Source of the DNA: a virus | DNA: 44,379 bases | IMG/VR virus record: IMGVR_UViG_3300045988_028516 | Location: 1-44,379 of that record | Reading direction: 5' to 3' (one strand) | In this document: positions 24,940 through 32,651 of the stretch, piece by piece | How positions within the stretch are numbered: the first letter of the stretch is position 1 | How the letters are laid out: each line of letters starts with the position of its first letter | Notes under the pieces: model-generated | Seen by the model: only the letters and a program-made list of their open reading frames with translations | What the model was told of the DNA's origin: nothing | The model's database searches: none | Made by a program: the position numbers and the translations under genes

Positions 24940-25105
24940 TTGGCTGTCTTCCCGCTTAGATTATCACATCACCGATTGCCGCTTTACATATGCGGCACCA
25001 TTACGCTGAGGCGGTTCCCTCCCACGGTGCAGTTTTCAGCGAGCATTGTCATTCTCTGTATGGCTCGACAGGCGCTCACACATCATCCGGGCGCGACCCG
25101 GCCTC

Positions 25106-25191
25106 TGGCGGTGGATGTAAGTGTCGAACTCAACAGCTCTCGCTGCGCGCTGTGTTCAAAGCAGGCTCCGGGCCGCCCGGATTCATCCACC
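25106..25191 (-). tRNA. Type-II-like tRNA (long variable arm), anticodon loop UUUGAAC giving UGA (Ser), with an unusual 8/4-type geometry
   Basis: 86 nt. 8-bp acceptor stem GGTGGATG/CATCCACC, discriminator G, CCA. 4-bp T stem TGAG/CTTA with loop TTCGACA. Variable-arm hairpin CAGC-GAGA-GCTG. 6-bp D stem TCCGGG/CCCGGA. The anticodon stem is imperfect. Confidence 0.5.
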
Positions 25192-25194
25192 GTA

Positions 25195-25270
25195 TGGCGG
25201 GGCATGAAGGATTTGAACCTCCGACCGTCGGATTAACAGTCCGATGCTCTTCCAACTGAGCTAATACCCC
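25195..25270 (-). tRNA. tRNA-Asn (anticodon GTT), CCA encoded
   Basis: GGGGTAT-TA-GCTC-AGTTGGAA-GAGC-A-TCGGA-CTGTTAA-TCCGA-CGGTC-GGAGG-TTCAAAT-CCTTC-ATGCCCC-G-CCA. Confidence 0.9.
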
Positions 25271-25453
25271 ATAATCCTGCACCTGCCTTGACCGCCGGAA
25301 ACCCGACGGCCAAAGAAACAGGAAGAAGAACATGGCTCATGGCAGCCAAGGCAGATGCAGAACTTCTTTATCCAATAATAGCATATTTCATTGCATATTT
25401 TACTGCATTTGAAACATTGCTTCTCTCAACATTGCACGCATGCGTGCACGAAT

Positions 25454-27097
25454 TTAGAACACGCGCTTCTTGATCTCTATCTGAGCGGAGCCGTGATAGA
25501 GTTCGTCGGCTAACATTGCTAGGCTGTCCGGCGCGTCGTCGTGCGTATTCTTTCCCGTTTGGGAGAAGGTACACACTTCGCGCATAAACTCGTCGTATTC
25601 CGGCGTTCGATGCTCCTTATCCACGAAATAGAATCGCTTGATCTCCGGAGAATACTGAATTATACGGCCTAGCTTGCTTTGATTGTTCGGCGCTCTCTGA
25701 GAAGTGATATTCGTTCTCACGCCGATTGCCCGGAGCATCCTGTCTACAGTGGAAGCATATTCACCGCCGCCGTTATTCGCCTCGAAGCGTTCTTTATGGG
25801 GCTTGTGCTCCTTCGTGCGATTGACGATCATCGGCTGTGTAACATCTTTCGTTCCCTTGCTGAAGATTACGTCGTGTATATACACACTCCCGTCCGATGC
25901 GATATACGCAAACGGCATTGCGAGGCTGTCACCGCCGCCCCACGCAACGTCACACACAGAGACCTTATAGAAATCACCGTCTGGAAGAACGCCGTTATAA
26001 TAGCGTAGAGACTCCGCAGGGAACAAAAGACCTTCTCTGACATACGGCTTGCCTTGATACTTCGCACACCACGTCGCATCGTCTATACTCGCCTTCATGT
26101 CCTTGTAATACTCCGTAGAGAATCCAAGGCCGTATTGATAGTTAAAGTTCGACTCACCCTTTTCGTTAAGGGCAGGAATTACCCGGAAACGATACCTCGG
26201 ATTTCCGGAATACTGTTCCTCTATCCGTCCGAGCGGGTCTGCTACGTTCCACCTTGTACCTACCATCAGCTCGAAAGCTCCGTCCTTCTTTCTGTCCTTA
26301 AGCTGATTGAGATACGCGTCGTATTTCGCCTGCAATCTAACAGGGTTCAAAGACTCCTCCAAGTCCTCGATCAAGTCGTCTACATACAGACAGCCGCCTG
26401 TGCCGACTTCGACCGCGCCCGTTAGCGTTCCTCCAACCGAACGCGCCGTAAACGTCGGAAACCGCTTCTTCCTTTCAAGGTCTATCGTCTCGTTCTTTGC
26501 AGAATTGTCTACGACCTTTACGCCTGGAAACACGTCCGACCAAAGATACGTTTCCGTGTCCGTCAGAATGTTCATTGCCTCTCTGTAAAAGCCGTCTGTC
26601 AGCTTATCCGAATGGCCTGACATGACATTTGCAACTGAAGGCCGCTTCCCCATAATCCAAGTCATGAAGAATATGCAAAGCGTCGATTTCCCGACTCTTG
26701 GAGGCAGAGACACGCCCAAGAAGTCTAACTTCCCGTCGTTCAAATCCTGCAAGTCTTGTACAAGAGGTCTAAGTGTAGCCCGCCTAGGAACATAGAAGCG
26801 CTTCTCCTTCTCCCTGTTCCACTCCAAGTACACACAGTACGAATCGAAATCGTCCTTTGCTGCCAGCAAATACGTCTTTTTGTTTATTTCGTAAAATTTT
26901 AATACCGCCTCCGAGCTTCCCGAATACCTTACCTGCAATGCCGTCGCATTCCTCAGCCAAAGGTTATGCTCGAACGCCTTTTCCTTATCTTCCTCCCACA
27001 TCGCCCTGACAACATCGAAATAGTCTCCGTATGCTGTGCTATCCTCGGGGTGCAGCTCTATATGACGCTTTATCCTTCTTAACGTCTCTTCGTACAT
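25454..27097 (-). CDS. terL: Terminase large subunit
   Basis: ATG 27097 follows GGAGGAG. Walker A-like PPRVGKST, a Walker B-like LYVDDLIED segment, and a C-terminal nuclease-like region. Confidence 0.88.
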   Translation of the reverse strand: MYEETLRRIKRHIELHPEDSTAYGDYFDVVRAMWEEDKEKAFEHNLWLRNATALQVRYSGSSEAVLKFYEINKKTYLLAAKDDFDSYCVYLEWNREKEKRFYVPRRATLRPLVQDLQDLNDGKLDFLGVSLPPRVGKSTLCIFFMTWIMGKRPSVANVMSGHSDKLTDGFYREAMNILTDTETYLWSDVFPGVKVVDNSAKNETIDLERKKRFPTFTARSVGGTLTGAVEVGTGGCLYVDDLIEDLEESLNPVRLQAKYDAYLNQLKDRKKDGAFELMVGTRWNVADPLGRIEEQYSGNPRYRFRVIPALNEKGESNFNYQYGLGFSTEYYKDMKASIDDATWCAKYQGKPYVREGLLFPAESLRYYNGVLPDGDFYKVSVCDVAWGGGDSLAMPFAYIASDGSVYIHDVIFSKGTKDVTQPMIVNRTKEHKPHKERFEANNGGGEYASTVDRMLRAIGVRTNITSQRAPNNQSKLGRIIQYSPEIKRFYFVDKEHRTPEYDEFMREVCTFSQTGKNTHDDAPDSLAMLADELYHGSAQIEIKKRVF

Positions 27098-27108
27098 GCC
27101 TCTCCTCC

Positions 27109-27139
27109 AAAACAAAAAGAGCCGACGCAAAGCGTCAGC
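27109..27139 (-). terminator. Strong intrinsic terminator immediately upstream of the terL ribosome-binding site
   Basis: On the minus strand: GCTGACGC-TTT-GCGTCGGC, then TCTTTTTGTTTT, running directly into GGAGGAG and the ATG. Confidence 0.65.
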
Positions 27140-27406
27140 CCTTCTGTGCTGCTTACACTGAACCGTTTATCAGTGCGTTATTACAAGGCAACATTGGGGA
27201 TGCCTTTTTACTTTTTCGGTGGTAAAAGGGTTCACCAGCGCTGGTGGCGGCGGGCGCTTTCCCCCTCCGGTATGCACTCTGTATGCGTGCATATTATACG
27301 CCCTATTCACTGCATATCTGTATAATGTTCAATGTTGCCGTTGTTTACTCATGTTTGAGCAACTTTTCGCAGACAACGAACGCAACAAAATAGATATTTG
27401 GTTGCG

Positions 27407-27988
27407 TTATTCGTTCGCGCCCTCTGGCGGTACATCCGCATCCGGCAGGGCGTCGCGGTATTTGTCCGCAATTGCATCAGGACTAGCCCCATCATCTAGT
27501 GGATTATGCGGAGAAAGTACTACATCTTGTGTATCTTTGTACCCGAACATATTTTTGCCAATAAATATACCAGATGCAGGGTTGATCTTGCCGGACTGCA
27601 TCCAATCATTCCACAGCATCTCTAGCACAGACATTGCCTTTTTTATCACTGGGCGGTGTGTATCCTCTCTGTAATCGCCTCTCCGCCATCTTGCAACTGT
27701 TGATGCGTCTACGCCTAGCCATAGCCCCATTCCCGGCACGCTTGGCTTTGCATCCTCCTGGATGCAGAATGCAAAATACTCTTGTATGCGGTACTCAACC
27801 TGCCTTGCATCGCTTATGTCGATCGGCGGGAGATCCCATGCAACCATAGCATTGCGCAGATATCGGGCATTGTCTCCCGGCTCGATGTGCTCTTGTCCAA
27901 AGTTGGCAAGATCGGGCCTGTTGCGCTTGCGCTTGGGCTTTGCGATCTCGGCGGGCTTGTCGGTTGCCGCCAGCTTGTCGGGTGCCAT
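27407..27988 (-). CDS. terS: Terminase small subunit (Terminase_2-like)
   Basis: Basic N-terminus, HTH-like PGMGLWLGVDASTVARWRRG, and ASGIFIGKNMFGYKD, which is typical of TerS. Confidence 0.8.
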   Translation of the reverse strand: MAPDKLAATDKPAEIAKPKRKRNRPDLANFGQEHIEPGDNARYLRNAMVAWDLPPIDISDARQVEYRIQEYFAFCIQEDAKPSVPGMGLWLGVDASTVARWRRGDYREDTHRPVIKKAMSVLEMLWNDWMQSGKINPASGIFIGKNMFGYKDTQDVVLSPHNPLDDGASPDAIADKYRDALPDADVPPEGANE

Positions 27989-28357
27989 GCTATCACCTCA
28001 AAATGAAAATTGCGCTTTTGCGTTGCTGCTGCGCGCAAGCTAGCTTGCGGCGCTGCTGCTAGCAAAAGCATAACATTGCTCAGGGTAAAAAAGCAAGTGT
28101 TTTTGCCTTGTGCGCGGGAATCATTGCACGCATGCATGCAACACTTGCATCGTTCGTGTGCTTTTGGCGCTGGGAGTGCTGCGCGTGACGGCACGCGGGC
28201 GCAGGGGCGCGAAGGAATACAAGAGCGGTGCAGATGCGTTTTGAAGGGCTTAAGCAACGCACGGACGGCGTGCAGAATCAGGGTGCGCAGGAATGCGCGG
28301 GAGCTGCATACATGCGAGCCGCTGACGCTCTCGCATTGCGAAGCCTTGCAGTGCAGA

Positions 28358-28403
28358 CGAAAAGAAGAACACCGGCCGCCGTTAATCGGTAGCCGGTGTT
28401 TTG
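28358..28403. terminator. Bidirectional terminator after the RHH gene
   Basis: AACACCGGC, 15-nt loop, GCCGGTGTT, flanked by an A-run and TTTT. Confidence 0.55.
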
Positions 28404-28576
28404 CTTAGCCGCTCTCGGATTGCATTTTTGATATACTCGTTAACTCGCTCGCCCCGCGCATCGGCGGCGGCTTTGAGCTGCTCATATTCCGCAATTTGCA
28501 TATCGAGCGGCACGCGCTTAATGTGCGCCGCGCGATACTTTGCGGCGGCGTTTTTGCTTGCCTCGCTGTATGCCAT
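28382..28576 (-). CDS. Ribbon-helix-helix (Arc/CopG-like) regulator
   Basis: ATG 28576 lies 7 nt after GGAGG. 64 aa: KRVPLDMQIAEYEQLKAAADARGERVNEYIKNAIRERL. Confidence 0.7.
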   Translation of the reverse strand: MAYSEASKNAAAKYRAAHIKRVPLDMQIAEYEQLKAAADARGERVNEYIKNAIRERLSKTPATD

Positions 28577-28596
28577 CGGATCGCCTCCCCGCTGTG

Positions 28597-28630
28597 ATTG
28601 TACCACATCCGCATCGCATGTGTACACATA
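28597..28630 (-). promoter_or_regulatory. Putative promoter of the RHH gene (extended -10, TGgTACAAT)
   Basis: On the minus strand, TGGTACAAT. The 12-bp palindrome ATGTGTACACAT overlaps the -35 position. Confidence 0.45.
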
Positions 28631-28707
28631 CAATTTGCACAAAATGTGTACGTATATTTTGTATATGTTTTTGCTGATTTACTCTTGCAATATATGTGTA
28701 CGTATAC
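28618..28707. promoter_or_regulatory. Three operator-like sites, ATGTGTAC(AC/GT)AT
   Basis: 28618..28629 is a perfect palindrome, ATGTGTACACAT. 28644..28657 is ATGTGTACGTATAT. 28694..28707 is ATGTGTACGTATAC. Confidence 0.6.
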
Positions 28708-28713
28708 TATAAT
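28685..28713 (+). promoter_or_regulatory. Near-consensus promoter of the plus-strand five-gene operon
   Basis: TTGCAA, 17 nt, TATAAT. Operator copy 3 fills the spacer. Confidence 0.65.
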
Positions 28714-28780
28714 AAGCATGTAAACAAGAGATACCAAGCGCCCCGCAGATCACGCGGGCACAATTTTAGGAGGAAACGAC

Positions 28781-29008
28781 ATGCAGACTCTCCCCATTAA
28801 CATCTCCCCGACTTGCTCTAGCATCTGGCACACCCCCGAAGAAATCCGCGCCGCTTCCGTCGGTGGCTTGCGCATCGACTACAAAGCGGGGCGAGATTAC
28901 ATCATCCACTGCCGCAAGGCGGCAAGCGTCAGCGGCTGGGGTACTGCCGTCACCGACTCCGGCGCGATCTTGCAAGCATGGGCGGGTGAATTCTCAGTTG
29001 CTTGCTGA
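28781..29008 (+). CDS. Hypothetical protein (operon gene 1)
   Basis: 75 aa; AGGAGG 7 nt before the ATG. Confidence 0.6.
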   Translation: MQTLPINISPTCSSIWHTPEEIRAASVGGLRIDYKAGRDYIIHCRKAASVSGWGTAVTDSGAILQAWAGEFSVAC

Positions 29009-29075
29009 ATCTTGGCTTCTGGGCGGTTGAGCCGATCAGCCGCACCACATAATCTTAAATCAGGAGGAACTACAC

Positions 29076-29813
29076 ATGAACGCATATAATTACACGATCA
29101 AGGACATCGAAAGCATGAGCGAAGCCAATCTGGCCGACATGGCCGATGAAGTCGAGACGATCAAAGGGCACACGGTTTATTTCGTTGACTTCGGCGGCGC
29201 TTTCGGGTTTTCCGCTTGCGTCTGCGCAGAAGGGAAGCACATCTACCACGCGAATGATTACGAACTGCACCACAGAGGCAAGAGCCGCGACGAACTGCGC
29301 GAGATTTACCGCCGGAAGTTAACCGGAATACTTTTCACAGAATCGGAACTTTCCACCGTCAGCGGATACGAGGACAAGAGTGTAAAAGAATACTTTCTGC
29401 GCAACCTTTACGCAATGCGTCGCCCGCATGTTTCAATGTTTCATATCGGACCCGCGCCGGATACCTCCGGAATGATTTTTAGTCCAGTGTTCATGGCATA
29501 TTATCGGGATGCCGATTTCGTGCAGCACGGCGCGGAGCTTCTGCGGGCGTTGAATGAGGCAGAACGCAAGAGCGCCGAATCATTCGACTACTGGAAAAGC
29601 GCGTTTCTGCACGAAATGTATAATCACGAATACGGCATCAACTGGCAGGCTGATTATGACGTATGCAGTTGCTTCGCTAATTGCAGCGGCGTAAAAGACT
29701 ACACCAGCGCAAGCGAGCTTTTCGCCACCTGCGGATTTACCGACACGCAAAAAGCCGCATACATGGCCGCACAGCGCGAATATTTCAAGACGCAGGCAGA
29801 AACGGAGGAATAA
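29076..29813 (+). CDS. Hypothetical protein (operon gene 2)
   Basis: 245 aa; SD AGGAGG. Contains the motif YFVDFGGAFGFSACVCAEGKHIYHANDYELHH. Confidence 0.7.
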   Translation: MNAYNYTIKDIESMSEANLADMADEVETIKGHTVYFVDFGGAFGFSACVCAEGKHIYHANDYELHHRGKSRDELREIYRRKLTGILFTESELSTVSGYEDKSVKEYFLRNLYAMRRPHVSMFHIGPAPDTSGMIFSPVFMAYYRDADFVQHGAELLRALNEAERKSAESFDYWKSAFLHEMYNHEYGINWQADYDVCSCFANCSGVKDYTSASELFATCGFTDTQKAAYMAAQREYFKTQAETEE

Positions 29814-29816
29814 ACA

Positions 29817-30470
29817 ATGAAAATCATTAACAGCTGTGAAGAATTCCGCATCTTCGACTTTTGGGACCAGTGCGATGACCTTTATTTTTCTGATTCGCTC
29901 ATTTTTGCCCGTCCGTACCGCTATAGCCTCGTTATTATCGACCTGGCTAACGCGATGAAGAACGGCAAGACCTGCACGCGCTGGCTTTTCTCGGTCAGCC
30001 CGTGGCACATGGACACATCCAAGCTTAGCTTCACTGCGTATATCATGATGGCCGCGCCGGAGTGCGACACCCTCGCGGAGCTTGTCGCATGGCTTCGCGC
30101 CGGGAAGCCCTTGCAGGAGGTGGACGGCCTGACGGTTTCCGTTGGCGGGCAGCCGGGCAACCGCACATTTTCCCCGTTCGCACCGATTAAGCCCGTGAAG
30201 CTGGGCGACCGCCTGACCGCCGCAACGATTGCAAAGGCCATTCGCGCCGGGCAGATCGTCGCAGGCCGAACCGATGGCAGATACACGGATGATTACGCAT
30301 TCGACGCCGCTACAAACTTCGGGCGCGGAGAAATCGACGTGCAGGCGTTCGCGAAAGACATCTACGAGGACCCGTGCGGCTGGCGCTTCTGGTGGCACGA
30401 CGACACCCGGCGCGAGATCGTTGCAGCGTGCCACACGTTTGATTACAAAACGCTTGCGGTGGCGGTCTAA
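29817..30470 (+). CDS. Hypothetical protein (operon gene 3)
   Basis: 217 aa; starts 4 nt after the upstream stop; SD GGAGGA. Confidence 0.7.
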   Translation: MKIINSCEEFRIFDFWDQCDDLYFSDSLIFARPYRYSLVIIDLANAMKNGKTCTRWLFSVSPWHMDTSKLSFTAYIMMAAPECDTLAELVAWLRAGKPLQEVDGLTVSVGGQPGNRTFSPFAPIKPVKLGDRLTAATIAKAIRAGQIVAGRTDGRYTDDYAFDAATNFGRGEIDVQAFAKDIYEDPCGWRFWWHDDTRREIVAACHTFDYKTLAVAV

Positions 30471-30499
30471 CCGCCCCGCACGGGATGGAGGGTAAAGCA

Positions 30500-30775
30500 A
30501 TGGCATATTTATACATCGCCGTACAGGTACGGCAAGACCGCAACGAACGGGTATTTACGCCGCGCCCGTCTCCGGAGTACGACCCCGGCTATTATGCCGA
30601 TGTTATCCGCTGTGCCGAGTCCGACAACCTCGCGAGCGTTCTCGATCACATCGGCGGGCTTGTTTCTGCGAACATCTTCCCGACGAAAAAGCGGGCGCGA
30701 GAGGTCGCGGACTATTGGAACAGGCGTTTCATGGAGAATGGAACTTATTTCTTCGATGGAGGTAAAACAGCATGA
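30500..30775 (+). CDS. Hypothetical protein (operon gene 4)
   Basis: ATG 30500 lies 7 nt after GGAGGG; 91 aa. Confidence 0.6.
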   Translation: MAYLYIAVQVRQDRNERVFTPRPSPEYDPGYYADVIRCAESDNLASVLDHIGGLVSANIFPTKKRAREVADYWNRRFMENGTYFFDGGKTA

Positions 30776-31503
30776 AAATTACAAGCATGGGCGGGCAGGT
30801 TCCCGCCCTGTTCGCGGACATGTTGGAGCAGCCGCATCTTTTGATTGCTGGCGCGTCCGGCTCCGGTAAATCCGTTCTGCTCAATGGTCTGGTGTGCGCC
30901 ATTCTGCGACACCATCCGAACGAAAAGCAGATGATCCTGATCGACCCGAAGCGCACAGAGCTGAACGAATATGCAGGAATGCCGCACACGCTCCGGCACT
31001 CCACCGAGGGCGGCGAGATCATCGCGGCGCTTGATTATGCTCTGAGCATAACCGAGGCACGATATAAGCGGATGCAGCGTCGCAGGCTTCGCACGTTCTG
31101 CGGGCCGGACGTGTATATCATTATTGAGGAATTCGCCGACCTCATGACAACGATGAAAAAGCAAGCGCTTCCGGCCGTCCAGCGCCTTTGCCAGATCGGG
31201 CGCGCGGCAAAAGTGCATGTGATACTGGTAACACAGTGCCCGCTTGCAACAATCATTCCAACAGCTGTAAAGGTAAACTTTACCGCCATTTGCGGCCTGC
31301 ACACCGCCACCCGGCAGCAGAGCAGAAACATACTAGATATGCCCGGCTTGGAGCTTCTGCCGCAATGCGGCCAGTGCATCTATCAAACGCCCGCCGGAGT
31401 TTGGCGGTACGATGTACCCTATACCGGATACGAGGAAATATCCGCGGTTACAACGTTTTACAAAAAGCAGCGTTCTTTTCTGCAAAGAGTCTTTGCGAGA
31501 TAA
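30772..31503 (+). CDS. FtsK/SpoIIIE-like P-loop ATPase (motor domain only)
   Basis: Walker A IAGASGSGKS, LIDPKRTEL, Walker B YIIIEEFADL, and VHVILVTQCP. There is no TM or gamma domain. Confidence 0.75.
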   Translation: MKITSMGGQVPALFADMLEQPHLLIAGASGSGKSVLLNGLVCAILRHHPNEKQMILIDPKRTELNEYAGMPHTLRHSTEGGEIIAALDYALSITEARYKRMQRRRLRTFCGPDVYIIIEEFADLMTTMKKQALPAVQRLCQIGRAAKVHVILVTQCPLATIIPTAVKVNFTAICGLHTATRQQSRNILDMPGLELLPQCGQCIYQTPAGVWRYDVPYTGYEEISAVTTFYKKQRSFLQRVFAR

Positions 31504-31508
31504 GCTAA

Positions 31509-31540
31509 CACCGCCCACATCGGGCGGGGTTCTTTTTCTG
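31509..31540 (+). terminator. Rho-independent terminator of the plus-strand operon
   Basis: CCGCCC-ACATC-GGGCGG, then GGTTCTTTTTCTG. Confidence 0.7.
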
Positions 31541-31555
31541 CGGTATCGCAAAAGT

Positions 31556-31744
31556 TTATTCCGTGTCTCCGGTATCTTCTCTTTCTTCTTTGTTCTTCCC
31601 GTTTTTCTGCAATGACGCTCGCAGAAACGCAGTTATCAGGATGTTCGCCTGTTCTTCTGTTGCGCCCGCGTTTATCGTGGCTTTGTAAAACAGCAGCGAC
31701 ATTTCTGCAAGCGCTCCAACGGCGTCAAAAAGTTCTCCCATCAT
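31556..31744 (-). CDS. Hypothetical small protein
   Basis: ATGA overlap with the upstream stop; 62 aa. Confidence 0.5.
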   Translation of the reverse strand: MMGELFDAVGALAEMSLLFYKATINAGATEEQANILITAFLRASLQKNGKNKEEREDTGDTE

Positions 31745-32241
31745 ATCTGTATCCCCTTTACAAATTTGTCGTAGTACGTCGTAGCTACCGCCATAGCCGC
31801 CCACATGTCAGAGGAAAAGCCGAAGAAAAAGCCCGGTTGTTTCTTTGTGCCTTTTCCGAAGTTCGGCTGTCCGGGCGCGTAGCGGTCGGCAAGCGCCTGC
31901 CTGATGTTCGCATCCTTCGCACGCGGAGACGCGCAAAGGCACAGCTTTTCTTCCCGTCGGTATATGTACTGCATTTCCCGGAAATCCCTTGTGAGCGCCC
32001 GCTCCCAAAAGCGGCCTATCCATACACAGGTATCAAAGACTTCCTTGCCAACGGTCATACCCATCCCCGCGATCATCTCGATCACAAAGTCAATTTTTTC
32101 GCTTTCTGCGATGATCTGCATGATCTCGTGGTTTTCCAGTTTCCCGACGCGGAGCACTCGCGTTATGTCGCGCTCGTCGTACTCTGCAATAACAAAACCG
32201 CTCTCGATGTTTCCGGGGTCAATCGCAAGTATTTTTCCCAT
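31741..32241 (-). CDS. RuvC-like Holliday junction resolvase
   Basis: The N-terminus KILAIDPGNIESGFVI is the RuvC-fold catalytic Asp motif. 166 aa. Confidence 0.65.
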   Translation of the reverse strand: MGKILAIDPGNIESGFVIAEYDERDITRVLRVGKLENHEIMQIIAESEKIDFVIEMIAGMGMTVGKEVFDTCVWIGRFWERALTRDFREMQYIYRREEKLCLCASPRAKDANIRQALADRYAPGQPNFGKGTKKQPGFFFGFSSDMWAAMAVATTYYDKFVKGIQI

Positions 32242-32425
32242 TTTCGTCCTCCGGCATGAAATTTTTCATTTCGAGCAGAAGCCTTTCTGCGTTTCGTATG
32301 TTCCTTTCTGCGCGTGTTACCGTCCGGCACACCGTTGAAGGATTCACTCTGTACTTTCTGGCGATCTGCCCCATGCTGTACCCGGACATATACAGCTTGT
32401 AAAAGTGTTTCTGCCGATCTGTCAT
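32219..32425 (-). CDS. Small sigma region-4-like HTH regulator
   Basis: 68 aa: YKLYMSGYSMGQIARKYRVNPSTVCRTVTRAERNI. Confidence 0.55.
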   Translation of the reverse strand: MTDRQKHFYKLYMSGYSMGQIARKYRVNPSTVCRTVTRAERNIRNAERLLLEMKNFMPEDENGKNTCD

Positions 32426-32649
32426 AGCGTATCCAACTCAAACATGCCGCCATCGCCGCACATAAAGATCAGCTTTACAAGGTCTTTGAAGTTATGCGGA
32501 TTCAGCCCTGTTTTCACCTCCACCATGCGAAGGTGATAATCAATGTCCTGTAGGCTCAGGAAACACGCTTCTGCGGTTTTCCTGCGGCTCATGTTACAAC
32601 GGGCGTATACCATCAATATATGTCTCTGCGTCCACGTAATGGCTCTCAA
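32422..32649 (-). CDS. Small LuxR/GerE-like HTH protein
   Basis: TTG 32649 lies 7 nt after GAGGAGG. TQRHILMVYARCNMSRRKTAEACFLSLQDIDYHLRMVEVKTGL. Confidence 0.5.
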   Translation of the reverse strand: MRAITWTQRHILMVYARCNMSRRKTAEACFLSLQDIDYHLRMVEVKTGLNPHNFKDLVKLIFMCGDGGMFELDTL

Positions 32650-32651
32650 GG

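Noticed and set aside
27814-28408. ORFs of 132 and 147 aa in the region upstream of terS
   Set aside because: They are Cys/Arg/Ala-rich with no SD. The region is full of palindromes and is better explained as regulatory or packaging-related non-coding DNA.
29580-30506. 308-aa minus-strand ORF
   Set aside because: It is antisense to three tightly coupled plus-strand ORFs that have strong SDs and their own promoter and terminator. Its composition is Arg/Ala/Val-rich, typical of shadow frames.
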